Of a stretch of DNA of 64,000 nucleotides, positions 18,156-27,318 are shown one piece after another (the first letter of the stretch is position 1; every line of letters starts with the position of its first letter). Position numbers and translations under genes: made by a program. Source of the stretch: Syntrophales bacterium (GTDB lineage Bacteria > Desulfobacterota > Syntrophia > Syntrophales > PHBD01); the NCBI GenBank assembly GCA_963668175.1, contig OY764159.1, positions 1,408,001 through 1,472,000 of the forward strand, read 5' to 3'. The notes under the pieces are model-generated. The model saw nothing but the letters and a program-made list of their open reading frames with translations, did no database searches and was not told where the DNA came from.

Positions 18156-18701
18156 CTAATCGTATGTGAAAAGTTCGGGCGGAATGACGATGGGTGTGCG
18201 CCCGGCTAGAAGTTCCGTCAAAGCGTAGTAAAACGCGTCGGCCCGGGGGGGACAGCCGGGGATGAAAAGGTCGACCTTCACAACCTTGTCCACACCCGTA
18301 ACCGTTTCCAGGGGCTTACCCAGCTCTTCGGAGTCGGGAATGAGGCCGTCGCATACGCTTTCCGTCTCCAGATAGGCCCGTTTCAGCGCCGCATCCTTTC
18401 CGCACAGGTTTCTCATGGCGGGGAGGCCGCCGAACGTGGCGCAGTCGCCCACGGCGATAAGGATCTGACAACGCTCCCTCATCTGCTTTGCCACTTCGAT
18501 ATTGTGCGTGTTACATATAGCACCTTCCAGTATGCCTACCGTCACGCCTTCCTTGGGGGGATGCTTGAGGTCGGTTACCGGGCTCGATGTAAATTCCACC
18601 GATTCCAGCAACTTGACGACGCGTTCGTCAATGTCGAGCAGCGACATATGACAGCCCGCACATCCAGCCAGCCAATCCGTGGCGATTTTAACCTTTGCCA
18701 T
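18156..18701 (-). CDS. hoxY: [NiFe]-hydrogenase small subunit, single-cluster type (HoxY/HydS-like)
   Basis: WLAGCAGCHMS, AVGDCA, IPGCPP; 181 aa, no Tat signal. Confidence 0.93.
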   Translation of the reverse strand: MAKVKIATDWLAGCAGCHMSLLDIDERVVKLLESVEFTSSPVTDLKHPPKEGVTVGILEGAICNTHNIEVAKQMRERCQILIAVGDCATFGGLPAMRNLCGKDAALKRAYLETESVCDGLIPDSEELGKPLETVTGVDKVVKVDLFIPGCPPRADAFYYALTELLAGRTPIVIPPELFTYD

Positions 18702-18719
18702 AATCGTGGGATTCTCCTT

Positions 18720-20504
18720 TCAGTTGAGTTCCTTGACAGCTTGCGCCGTGATTTCTTCGAGAGACTTGCCGACCTTCTTGCCGAGCTTGGCGGCAAGGAG
18801 GGACAGGATGTCCCAGTCGGCCTTGGCCTCTCCCGACGGCTCAATCGCTTTGGAAACATGCTGAACCGTTCCCTCCGTGTTCGTCAGGCTTCCCGCACGC
18901 TCCGACCAGATGGCCATAGGCAGCACGACGTCGGCCTGTTCGGTTGCAGCCGATACGAAACTCGCCTGCACGACGGTGAACGCTTTCTTGTCCAGTTTAT
19001 CGAATACATCTCGGCCGTCCCATTCCTGTTCGCCCAGAAGGACGTAGAGGAATTTAAGGGCGTCCGGCTTGAAGCCGTTATTGAATCCGAAGGCGGTTGC
19101 CCCGTAGGTGTTGGCCCCGGGTTCCAGGGCGACAAACGACGCCTTGCCTTCCAGTTTCTTCAATTCGGCTGCCGCTTTCTTGGTGACGCCTGCCCCGTAC
19201 AGCACTATAGGGGAATCGGCGCGGGCGGCCACGGCCACGGCCTTGTCGATCTCGTCCATCGGCATATTTTTATAGGCAAAGGGTACGAGGCCGTTTTCCG
19301 GCCCGTCGACGACGATCAGACGGGCGCCTTTATCGACGGCCCGTTTGACGAAGAAGGAGGCGACGGGCTGGTCGGCGACAGGATCGGCGCCGACGACCAG
19401 AATAACGTCACCGGACGCGATTCCGGAGATTTTGCCCTTTTGTTTTTTTGCGAGGTCTGGTGCCGCGGCATTCAGCATGCCCCTGTTCTTCACCTTCAGT
19501 TCCTTGTGGAAGACGGCATCGAGAAGATAAAGCGCCTCGTTGGTGGCGTAGCTCGATGTCAACACCCCGGTTTCGCCCGCTTCGATTTTCTCCGCCTGCT
19601 TGGCCACGGTTTGCAGGGCCTCGCTCCAGGTCGCCTCTTCGAGTTTACCCTTCCTGCGTACGAGCGGCGTCGTGATGCGCTGGCGGCTTTCGTAGAGGGG
19701 GTTAAATCGTCCCAGTTTACAGAGCAGGCCGCCGTTGACGGCGCCGTCCCAGTCACCTTCGATGCGCAGGACGTTGCCGCCGCGGGTGACGATGTCCATG
19801 CTGCAGCCGATGCTGCACTGGCCGCAGGTGCTTTTGACATGTTCCACCTGCTTGTCACGGCCCATGAAGGCGCTCCGCTTGTCGAACAGCGCGCCCGTCG
19901 GGCAGACCTGCATGCAGGTGCCGCACTCGACGCAGGACGACTCCCCGAAGGGGATGTTTGCATCGGCGTGGACCATGGACTTGGCGCCCCGCCGCCGCAG
20001 ACCCAGGGTATGGTTCGCCACGAGATCGCTGCACGCGCGAATACACCGCGAACAGAGAACGCAGCGGTTCTGTTCCATAATGAAATCCTTCCGTGAGGCG
20101 TCAAGCCCGAACTGGGTCGTGTAGGTCGAATACGTGAAGTGGTCGAGACCGTAACGGTAGCCCAGGGCCTGCAGCTCGCAGTCTCCGCTGGCTTCGCAGT
20201 ACATGCAGTAATGGTTCCGTTCCGCGAAAATCATGTCCAGAACAAGTTTCCGTGCTTTTGTCACCCGCGGCGATTCCGTCAGCACTTCCATCCCTTCCGA
20301 AATGGGGAATACACAGGCTGCCTGCAGGTTGCGCTGTCCGGCAACCTCTACCACGCATACGCGACAGGCACCGATCGAACTCAGTGCCGGATGGTCGCAC
20401 AGCGTCGGGATGTCTATCCCCGCCTGTTTTGCTGCCTGAAGGATGGTTGTACCGGCAGGTGCGCTGACCGCATCACCGTTGATGGTAAGTTTCACCATCT
20501 TCAT
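18720..20504 (-). CDS. NuoG/HydA/HoxU-like Fe-S subunit with a cofactor-less molybdopterin-oxidoreductase-like C-terminal domain
   Basis: [2Fe-2S] IPTLC...GACRVC...C; His-ligated HYCMYC...C; 2x[4Fe-4S] CVLCSRC...C and CVECGTCMQVCP; CGQCSIGC...C. No H-cluster motifs and no Mo-ligand Cys/Sec visible. Confidence 0.85.
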   Translation of the reverse strand: MKMVKLTINGDAVSAPAGTTILQAAKQAGIDIPTLCDHPALSSIGACRVCVVEVAGQRNLQAACVFPISEGMEVLTESPRVTKARKLVLDMIFAERNHYCMYCEASGDCELQALGYRYGLDHFTYSTYTTQFGLDASRKDFIMEQNRCVLCSRCIRACSDLVANHTLGLRRRGAKSMVHADANIPFGESSCVECGTCMQVCPTGALFDKRSAFMGRDKQVEHVKSTCGQCSIGCSMDIVTRGGNVLRIEGDWDGAVNGGLLCKLGRFNPLYESRQRITTPLVRRKGKLEEATWSEALQTVAKQAEKIEAGETGVLTSSYATNEALYLLDAVFHKELKVKNRGMLNAAAPDLAKKQKGKISGIASGDVILVVGADPVADQPVASFFVKRAVDKGARLIVVDGPENGLVPFAYKNMPMDEIDKAVAVAARADSPIVLYGAGVTKKAAAELKKLEGKASFVALEPGANTYGATAFGFNNGFKPDALKFLYVLLGEQEWDGRDVFDKLDKKAFTVVQASFVSAATEQADVVLPMAIWSERAGSLTNTEGTVQHVSKAIEPSGEAKADWDILSLLAAKLGKKVGKSLEEITAQAVKELN

Positions 20505-20606
20505 CGTCTGACTTTCCTCCTCTCTTTATCTATTCCCGAGATCAGCGCGGCGGAACCTCGCTTGAGAGGAAGCCGCGAATCACTCCGGATCATTTCGTTT
20601 ATTATT

Positions 20607-23600
20607 CTATATCTCCGCATCGCATCTCAAGCAACGCGAAGCTTCCGCGACGGCCTGCTCTTTCGTGAAGCCCAGTTCCACCTCGACGAACGTCGTCTTC
20701 CTGTCCCCGCCGTGGAGTTCCGGCATTCTGGTCTGGGGACACTCGACCGTATCCTCGTCGATGATCAGGGGAACGTCGATCTTCTCGGAGGGCGGCGCCA
20801 CCCAGGCCGGTTCGCCGTTGCGCTTCCGGATCGTGCCGTCGATGTCGTCGGCGGCCTGATGACCGGCGGCTATGGCGCCGATGACCGTATCCGGGCCGGT
20901 GACCGCATCGCCGCCCGCATAGAACTTCGGATTGGTGGTCCGGGACTTGCTCTCTTTGTCCAGATCGAAGGTATCCCACTTGTTGACCGTGATACCACTG
21001 TCCTTCGGGACGAACGAAAGATCGGGAACCTGACCGATGGCGGCAATGACCGAGTCGACGGCCAGGGTAAACTCGGAACCCTTGATCGGAACGGGTTTCT
21101 TCCTTCCGCTGCGGTCAAAGTCGCCCAAGACCATCCGTTCGCAGGTTATCCCGCTCACCTTGCCGTCCTTCTGCTCGATCTTGAGCGGGGCGACGAGATA
21201 CTCGATCTTGATGCCCTCTTCCTCGGCGGCGACGATCTCTTCCTGGGCGGCCGGCATATCCTGCCGCAGGCGGCGGTAAAGGATGGTCACATCCGCTCCG
21301 AGTCTCAGGGCGCAACGGGCGGCATCGATGGCCGAGTTGCCGCCGCCGATGACGGCGACCTTCGCGCCCAGCGATTTGCTGCCTTTCGTCCAGGCTTCCT
21401 CGTTGGCGTTGAAGTCTCGCAGAAACTCCACGCCGCCGAAAACGCCTTTAATATCCTCTCCGGCCACGCCCATTTTCTGGCTCCGGTGCGCACCGGGGGC
21501 GAGGTAAACGAAGTCGTAATCCTTGTTGACCTGCTCGAACGACATATCCTTGCCGACACGGACGTTGCATTTGATGTCCACGCCCAGGGCCCGGATATCG
21601 TTAATCTCGCCGTCCAGGATGTTTCTCGGGAGCCTGTAGGACGGAATCGCCCAGCGCAGCATCCCGCCGGGGGCGGCGAGTTCTTCGAAGACGGTCACTT
21701 TATAGCCGCGCATCGCCAGGTCCCTGGCGCAGGTCAGACCCGCGGGGCCGGCGCCGACGACGGCGACCTTCTCTTTCCGGCTCACGGGCACCGCCTCGAT
21801 CTTCGGCCTGACGGCGTTATCGGTGATGAAGCGTTTCAGGAACTTGATCGCGATGGCTTCGTCCATCTTGCCCCGGCGGCATTTGGTCTGGCACTTGTGG
21901 TCGCAGACGCGGCCGCAGACCGACGGGAAGGGGTTCGTCTGGAGGAGAATCCTGTACGCGTCGCCGAAGCGCTCCGCCCTGATCAGCGCGATGTACGAGG
22001 GGATGTCCATCTCGATGGGGCAGGTGTGCTGACAGGGGGATTTGAAGAGGGCCGAGCAGACCGTGGCCACGCAGCGGTGGTTCCGGATGTGGTCCTCGTA
22101 TTCTTTCCGGAAATAGCGGATCGTGCTCAGAACGGGGTTTGGGGCCGTCTGGCCGAGACCGCAGAGGGAGGCATCCTTGATGATGGCGGCCATCTCTTCC
22201 AGTTTTTCGATGTCGCCTTCCTTGCCCTTGCCTTGGGTGATGTTGGTCAGGATCTCCAGCATCCGCTTCGTGCCTTCGCGGCAGGGCGTGCACTTGCCGC
22301 AGGATTCGTCCTGGCAGAAGTCCATAAAGAACCGGGCCATGTCGACGGCGCAGTTGTCTTCGTTCATGACGATCATGCCGCCGGAACCCATGATGGCGCC
22401 CAGTTCCGCCACCTTCTCGTAATCGATGGGGGCATTGAGATGCTGCGTGGGAATCATGCCGCCCGACGGACCGCCGAGCTGCGCGGCCTTGAATTTCTTA
22501 CCCTTGGGAATGCCGCCGCCGATGTCGTAGACGATCGTGCCCAGCGAAGTCCCCATGGGGACTTCGACGAGGCCCACGTTGTTCACGTCCCCCGTGAGCG
22601 CGAAGACCTTCGTTCCCTTGCTCTTTTCCGTACCCGCGCCGGCATACCAGGCGGCGCCGCGGTGAATGATCTGGCCGATGTTGGCCAGGGTTTCCACGTT
22701 GTTCAGAACGCTCGGCTTCTGCCACAGGCCGGCGATGGCCGGAAAGGGAGGCCGCGGACGGGGCATGCCGCGTTTGCCTTCGATGGATGTCATCAGGGCC
22801 GTCTCTTCTCCGCAGACGAAGGCGCCGGCGCCCTGGTAGATCTCCAGGTCGAAGTCGAAGCCCGTCCCCAGGATGTCCTTGCCCAGAAGACCCGCCTCCT
22901 GGGCCTGGCCGATGGCGATGTTCAGACGGTGGATGGCCAGGGGATACTCGGCCCGGCAGTAAATGTACCCGTGGTGGGACCCGATGGCCTTGGCGGCGAT
23001 GACCATGCCTTCCAGCACGGCATGGGGGTCCGCTTCCAGAACGCTTCTGTCCATGAATGCGCCCGGGTCGCCTTCGTCGGCGTTGCAGAGGACGTACTTA
23101 ACGTCTCCCGGCGACTGGGCGGCGAATTTCCATTTCATGCCCGTCGGGAACCCCGCCCCGCCTCTTCCGCGGATCCCCGAGTCGAGCACTTCCTTGACGA
23201 TCTCTTCGGGCTTCATCTCCGTGAGGGCCTTGGCCATTCCCGCATAACCGTCGCGGGCGATGTATTCCTCGATCTTTTCCGGATCGATGAGGCCCCGGTT
23301 GCGCAGCACCCGCAGGTCCTGAAGGGCGAAAAACGGGATGTCCTGCATGGTGGGAATGACGGTCTCTGTGGTCGGTTCCCGGTAGAGGAGCCTCTCCAGG
23401 ATGCGGCCCTTGACCAGGTGCTCTTCGACCAGTTCGGGGACGTCGCTGTCCTTGATCGTCATATAGATAACGCCGTCGGGATAGACGACCATGATCGGCC
23501 CCATGGCGCAGAAGCCGTTACATCCCGTTTCGACGACTTTAATTTCTTCATCGAGGCTTCTTTTATTCAGCTCCGCAATCAGGGCCTTCTTGACGGCGAT

Positions 23601-23663
23601 GGCCCCGGAGGCGTGACATCCCGTGCCTCCGCAAATCAATAGATGTGAGCGAAAAACCTTCAT
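20607..23663 (-). CDS. NuoF/HydB-like FMN/NADH subunit fused to a GltD/NfnB-like FAD/NADPH module
   Basis: N-terminal thioredoxin-like [2Fe-2S], RGRGGAGFP, NADEGDPGAFMDR, GAFVCGEETAL, GGPSGG, ESCGKCTPCREG; then PCQHTCP...CGRVC...C...C, GAGPAG, VIGGGNSA, YRR, GGD and terminal EASRCLRC. Confidence 0.92.
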   Translation of the reverse strand: MKVFRSHLLICGGTGCHASGAIAVKKALIAELNKRSLDEEIKVVETGCNGFCAMGPIMVVYPDGVIYMTIKDSDVPELVEEHLVKGRILERLLYREPTTETVIPTMQDIPFFALQDLRVLRNRGLIDPEKIEEYIARDGYAGMAKALTEMKPEEIVKEVLDSGIRGRGGAGFPTGMKWKFAAQSPGDVKYVLCNADEGDPGAFMDRSVLEADPHAVLEGMVIAAKAIGSHHGYIYCRAEYPLAIHRLNIAIGQAQEAGLLGKDILGTGFDFDLEIYQGAGAFVCGEETALMTSIEGKRGMPRPRPPFPAIAGLWQKPSVLNNVETLANIGQIIHRGAAWYAGAGTEKSKGTKVFALTGDVNNVGLVEVPMGTSLGTIVYDIGGGIPKGKKFKAAQLGGPSGGMIPTQHLNAPIDYEKVAELGAIMGSGGMIVMNEDNCAVDMARFFMDFCQDESCGKCTPCREGTKRMLEILTNITQGKGKEGDIEKLEEMAAIIKDASLCGLGQTAPNPVLSTIRYFRKEYEDHIRNHRCVATVCSALFKSPCQHTCPIEMDIPSYIALIRAERFGDAYRILLQTNPFPSVCGRVCDHKCQTKCRRGKMDEAIAIKFLKRFITDNAVRPKIEAVPVSRKEKVAVVGAGPAGLTCARDLAMRGYKVTVFEELAAPGGMLRWAIPSYRLPRNILDGEINDIRALGVDIKCNVRVGKDMSFEQVNKDYDFVYLAPGAHRSQKMGVAGEDIKGVFGGVEFLRDFNANEEAWTKGSKSLGAKVAVIGGGNSAIDAARCALRLGADVTILYRRLRQDMPAAQEEIVAAEEEGIKIEYLVAPLKIEQKDGKVSGITCERMVLGDFDRSGRKKPVPIKGSEFTLAVDSVIAAIGQVPDLSFVPKDSGITVNKWDTFDLDKESKSRTTNPKFYAGGDAVTGPDTVIGAIAAGHQAADDIDGTIRKRNGEPAWVAPPSEKIDVPLIIDEDTVECPQTRMPELHGGDRKTTFVEVELGFTKEQAVAEASRCLRCDAEI

Positions 23664-23739
23664 TTGAATTGTTCCTCCTTCACGCGAAAAACTTTTGCGG
23701 CCGGGTCGCTCAACCGGACCCTGCCTGAGTCCTATTCCG

Positions 23740-24123
23740 TTATTTCAGAACTTCGGCGCCTTTGGCCAGAACGAAGGGGGTCTGCACTTCTCCCTCCAGG
23801 ATATGCTTCTTGAAGACCTGCCTCATCTTGTTGGCGTTCATCAGCTCGTACTTGATGGGTTCCTTGCCGAGGATTTCCACCGTTACGAGCGGTTCGCGAC
23901 TGCAAAGGCCCATGCACCCGGACGTGGTCACGACGACGTCGTTGACCCCCGCCTCGGCGATCTCACCCATAAGGCTGTTCAGGACGTCCCTCGCGCCCGA
24001 GGCGATCCCGCATGTTCCCATGTGCACGGTTACTTTGGCCCTTCTGTCTCCTTCCCGCAAGGCCGTTTCGGCGTGGACCTTGTCTTTGATTTTCTTCAAA
24101 TCCGCTATCGTCAGTTTTGCCAT
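23740..24123 (-). CDS. Thioredoxin-like [2Fe-2S] ferredoxin (HydD-like)
   Basis: VHMGTCGIASGA...SGCMGLCSREP; lies between the nuoE-like and nuoF-like genes. Confidence 0.85.
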   Translation of the reverse strand: MAKLTIADLKKIKDKVHAETALREGDRRAKVTVHMGTCGIASGARDVLNSLMGEIAEAGVNDVVVTTSGCMGLCSREPLVTVEILGKEPIKYELMNANKMRQVFKKHILEGEVQTPFVLAKGAEVLK

Positions 24124-24153
24124 AACCAAGCCTCTCATTCGTTATGCTTTGTT

Positions 24154-24648
24154 TCAAGCGTATTGGTTCAGTACGTCCTTGACCTTGGCCGGCTTCATCC
24201 GGCCATGGACATCTTCGTCGACCACGATGACCGGACCCAGGCCGCAGGCGCCGAGGCACCGGACCGACTCGTAGGTGAACCGGCGGTCGGCCGTCGTTTC
24301 GCCTTCCGTGATGCCGTAAAGCTTTTCAATGGTTTCAGCCAGGGCTTTGCCCCCTCTGACATAACAGGCGGTTCCCAGGCACACCCTGATGGTGTGTCTG
24401 CCCCGAGGCGTCATCGTGAAGAACGAATAGAAAGTGACGACGCCATAGACCCTGCTTAAAGGCAGGTTCAACCCCTTGGCAATTCTTTTCTGCACCGGTA
24501 TGGGAAGATATTCCAGAACCATTTGCGCCTCTTCCAGGACCGGAATCAGTCCCCCCGGTTTATCCTTGAATTTCTCCACGATTGCGTCGAGCTTCTGGAT
24601 CTGCTCCGGTGTAAATTCGTTAAGCAGTTCTGTATCTTCTGACATCAT
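24154..24648 (-). CDS. NuoE/HydC/HoxE-like [2Fe-2S] subunit
   Basis: YGVVTFYSFF, CLGTACYVRG, RCLGACGLGP. Confidence 0.92.
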   Translation of the reverse strand: MMSEDTELLNEFTPEQIQKLDAIVEKFKDKPGGLIPVLEEAQMVLEYLPIPVQKRIAKGLNLPLSRVYGVVTFYSFFTMTPRGRHTIRVCLGTACYVRGGKALAETIEKLYGITEGETTADRRFTYESVRCLGACGLGPVIVVDEDVHGRMKPAKVKDVLNQYA

Positions 24649-25230
24649 TCAATCTTCCTCCTTCTGTTCCGAATTCGTGTGTTGAGCTTCCGATCCGATC
24701 TCCCTCAGCCCCTCCTCCATGTATTGCCGGATGAACTGAAGGACATCTAGATGATTAATGGGCAAGCCGTCAATCTCTTTTTTTATCTCTTTCGTGTCCA
24801 ATAAAAACAAACCCTTCGGGCCACGATGACGATAAAAAAAATCGATGCCGGGATTGCCGGTAATCAATGCCGTTACGGTATCCGCCATTTGGCCGAGCGG
24901 CTGCCGGTCGATGTGGCTGAACCGAAATTCGGCCGTGACGACCGTGCCTTCATTCTCCCTGGAGGCGACGGAAAAACGGCCGCCGGCGGTTCGGGCGGCC
25001 TCTTCCAGGAGGGGCAGTCCGAGACCCACCTTGCGCACGCCTTTCGTCGTGAAAAAGGGATCGAGGGCCTTGGCCAGGGTGGATTTGTCCATGCCCTTGC
25101 CGTCGTCCTTGATTTCGATGACGAGCCGGTCTTCCGCCGGGGCCTCGTCGATGGAAATCTCCACCGCCGCCGCGCCGGCCCGGGTAGCGTTCTCTGCAAT
25201 GTCCAGGATGTGGAGCGAGAGTTCGATCAT
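24649..25230 (-). CDS. Stand-alone HATPase_c (GHKL) ATP-binding protein
   Basis: ELSLHILDIAENA, DDGKGM, DPFFTTK, GLGLP, HIDRQPLG; no HisKA or sensor domain. Confidence 0.85.
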   Translation of the reverse strand: MIELSLHILDIAENATRAGAAAVEISIDEAPAEDRLVIEIKDDGKGMDKSTLAKALDPFFTTKGVRKVGLGLPLLEEAARTAGGRFSVASRENEGTVVTAEFRFSHIDRQPLGQMADTVTALITGNPGIDFFYRHRGPKGLFLLDTKEIKKEIDGLPINHLDVLQFIRQYMEEGLREIGSEAQHTNSEQKEED

Positions 25231-25231
25231 A

Positions 25232-25969
25232 TCACGTCAGGATCGCTCTTCCTTCGCTTCCGGTAAAGGCCAGTTTCAGCTCGGGAACCGTTGCCGACTT
25301 CATGGCGATCGAGGTGAAGGTCCTTCCGATGTCCCTGATGAAATGGGCATCGGAGGATTGAATCATCGCATATTCCGCAAATTCTGGATATTGCTTCCTT
25401 CCGCCCTTGATCCCCGTCGCCGCCGATACCTCAAGGGCGTCGAACGGGGTGTCCGGGTCCAGGAACCCCAACTGGCTTAAGACGCTGAAGCTCTCGCGGT
25501 CGATATGCGCGGCGACGGCCAGCCCTTCCAGCCTGTGGATATGCCCGACAAGAAGGGAGAGCGGCAGCTCCGTGGCCCCGATGAGAAGCCTGGTGTTGAT
25601 CCCCTCCACTTCGTCATTTTCATTGACGATCGCCTGGCAGCCGAAGGCGTCTTCGTCGTTTTCGCCCGGCAGATGCTCGTAAATGAGCGTCTGAAGCCTG
25701 AACAGGGCATCCGTATTGTCAAAGATGGCCAGAACGTGTACCTCCTCGCGGCTGGTTATTTCCATGCCGGGCAGGACCGTCAACGGGGTTCCCTCCGCGC
25801 ATTTCGCGACGTAAGGGACGCTCTCCGACGCGTTATGATCGCAGACGGCGATCACGTCCAGCCCCAGGTCCAGGCAGCGATTGACCACCGCCCTCGGGTA
25901 CATGTCCAGTTCCGCACAGGGAGAGAGGCATGTATGGACATGGAGATCGCAACGGAAAACCTTGCACAT
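25232..25969 (-). CDS. PHP-family metal-dependent phosphoesterase
   Basis: DLHVHTCLSPC, CDHN, PGMEI...EEVH, AHIDR, SSDAH. Confidence 0.9.
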   Translation of the reverse strand: MCKVFRCDLHVHTCLSPCAELDMYPRAVVNRCLDLGLDVIAVCDHNASESVPYVAKCAEGTPLTVLPGMEITSREEVHVLAIFDNTDALFRLQTLIYEHLPGENDEDAFGCQAIVNENDEVEGINTRLLIGATELPLSLLVGHIHRLEGLAVAAHIDRESFSVLSQLGFLDPDTPFDALEVSAATGIKGGRKQYPEFAEYAMIQSSDAHFIRDIGRTFTSIAMKSATVPELKLAFTGSEGRAILT

Positions 25970-26019
25970 CCTCTGTTCCCTGGTATAACCTCAAAAAAAA
26001 AGACCTCCGGGGGGAGGCC

Positions 26020-26385
26020 TCATGCTCCATGATCGCTATGTGCCTTAATATCGGCGTTCATCAAGTCGTAAATACGACCGGCCGTCTCGAATGCCGAGTG
26101 GTCGGTCACCAGAATGGGGACACCTTTTTCGGCGGCCTTTTCCAGCGTATCCGGGGCCGGTTCGTTTCCCTGTACGAGAATAATTCCCGCGACGTCCCTG
26201 AGACTTGCAACGGCGATAATATTCTGATGAACCTGCCTCGTAATCCAGATGTCGCCTTCCTTGCAGTTGGCGATGACATCGCTGAGCAGATCTCCCGAAT
26301 ATCCGCCCGTCACTTCGTTCTTAAGCTTGTCTCCTCCGCATCTGACTCCGAGACCCAAGGCCTGGACGACTTTTTCTAAATTCAT
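26020..26385 (-). CDS. DRTGG-domain protein
   Basis: GGYSGDLLSDVIA...IWITRQ...NIIAVA...GVPIL. Confidence 0.85.
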   Translation of the reverse strand: MNLEKVVQALGLGVRCGGDKLKNEVTGGYSGDLLSDVIANCKEGDIWITRQVHQNIIAVASLRDVAGIILVQGNEPAPDTLEKAAEKGVPILVTDHSAFETAGRIYDLMNADIKAHSDHGA

Positions 26386-26584
26386 ATCCTAGCTTCCTCT
26401 TTCCGCAGCGATAAGCGAACCTAAACCCAATAAAATTCCAGGCGGAAAGGTTTCCGGCCGGTATTTCTCTCCGGGCACACCTATTCTCTAACACAGCGCA
26501 ACCCCGGGGGCCAATCCTCTTTGCTGAGTTGTGTTCTATCGGATGAAGCTGGTACCTAACAAGAGCGGGGAACTGGTTGTAAGA

Positions 26585-26959
26585 TCATTCACGGCTGAAT
26601 TTATTTTCCACTTTTTCGACGCAGCCGACAATGCCTTTTTCATATAATTTGCCGGCCGTTTCAAAGAGGATATACCGGGTCGACAGGACCGGTATCCCGA
26701 GTTCTTCGGCAAGCGTAACTGTTTCCGGGGTGGGTCTTTTTCCCCGGACCATCACGATCGCGGCAATATCCAAGACATCGGACGTCCTGATGACCTGGGG
26801 ATTGGTCAATCCGGTCAAAAGGAGGCTGCCCGCCTTGGCGAAGGCCAGGACGTCGCTCATCAGGTCGGCGCCGAAGGCTGTCTTGATTTCCTTGTCCAGT
26901 TGTTCGGAACCGACGATGACCTCTGCATCGAGTATCTCTTTGATTTCGCGAAGTGTCAC
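26585..26959 (-). CDS. DRTGG-domain protein
   Basis: GADLMSDVLAF...LLTGLTNPQVIRT...VRGK; GTG start with AGGAG RBS. Confidence 0.85.
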   Translation of the reverse strand: MTLREIKEILDAEVIVGSEQLDKEIKTAFGADLMSDVLAFAKAGSLLLTGLTNPQVIRTSDVLDIAAIVMVRGKRPTPETVTLAEELGIPVLSTRYILFETAGKLYEKGIVGCVEKVENKFSRE

Positions 26960-27057
26960 GCTAATTCTCCTGGGCCGCCTTCTGTACGGGGATATAAGCC
27001 GCTGGCTGCGAATAACTCTATCAATTTATAGGCTATATGTCCAACTGAACCTCGCGG

Positions 27058-27086
27058 AAGCTACCATATAGGCTGGGGGATGTCAA
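27058..27086 (-). promoter_or_regulatory. Putative sigma70 promoter of the DRTGG-hydrogenase operon
   Basis: Minus strand TTGACA-N17-TAGCTT with an extended -10 TG. Confidence 0.55.
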
Positions 27087-27245
27087 CACATTTGAAGGGC
27101 TTGTTTTCAGAGGCCGGGGCGTCATTCCGGCCCTTCCCTGCAACGGTTCATAAAAAATATCCAGGGATGATTTTCCCGGACGGACGACCGGCAGCGACGG
27201 GCCTTTCAGACCTTTCTCCGGACGGATGCGGGGTGATGGAGACAG

Positions 27246-27285
27246 TTTTACGGCGTCGCACACGGCGCCGTAAAAAGTTTTTTTT
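27246..27285 (+). terminator. Terminator-like hairpin upstream of xerD
   Basis: TTTTACGGCGTCG-CACA-CGGCGCCGTAAAA followed by AG and T8. Confidence 0.55.
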
Positions 27286-27318
27286 GCGCAACCGGAGAAA
27301 TTGCGTTAGAAAAAAAGA

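Noticed and set aside
16713..20504. Selenocysteine read-through ([NiFeSe] hydrogenase or formate dehydrogenase)
   Set aside because: The large subunit has DPCLSC with Cys and complete termini; the NuoG-like subunit has no internal TGA and no Mo-ligand motif.
20139..23642. 1167-aa + strand ORF
   Set aside because: Antisense shadow of the NuoF-GltD gene; no motifs; long stop-free antisense frames are expected in GC-rich coding DNA.
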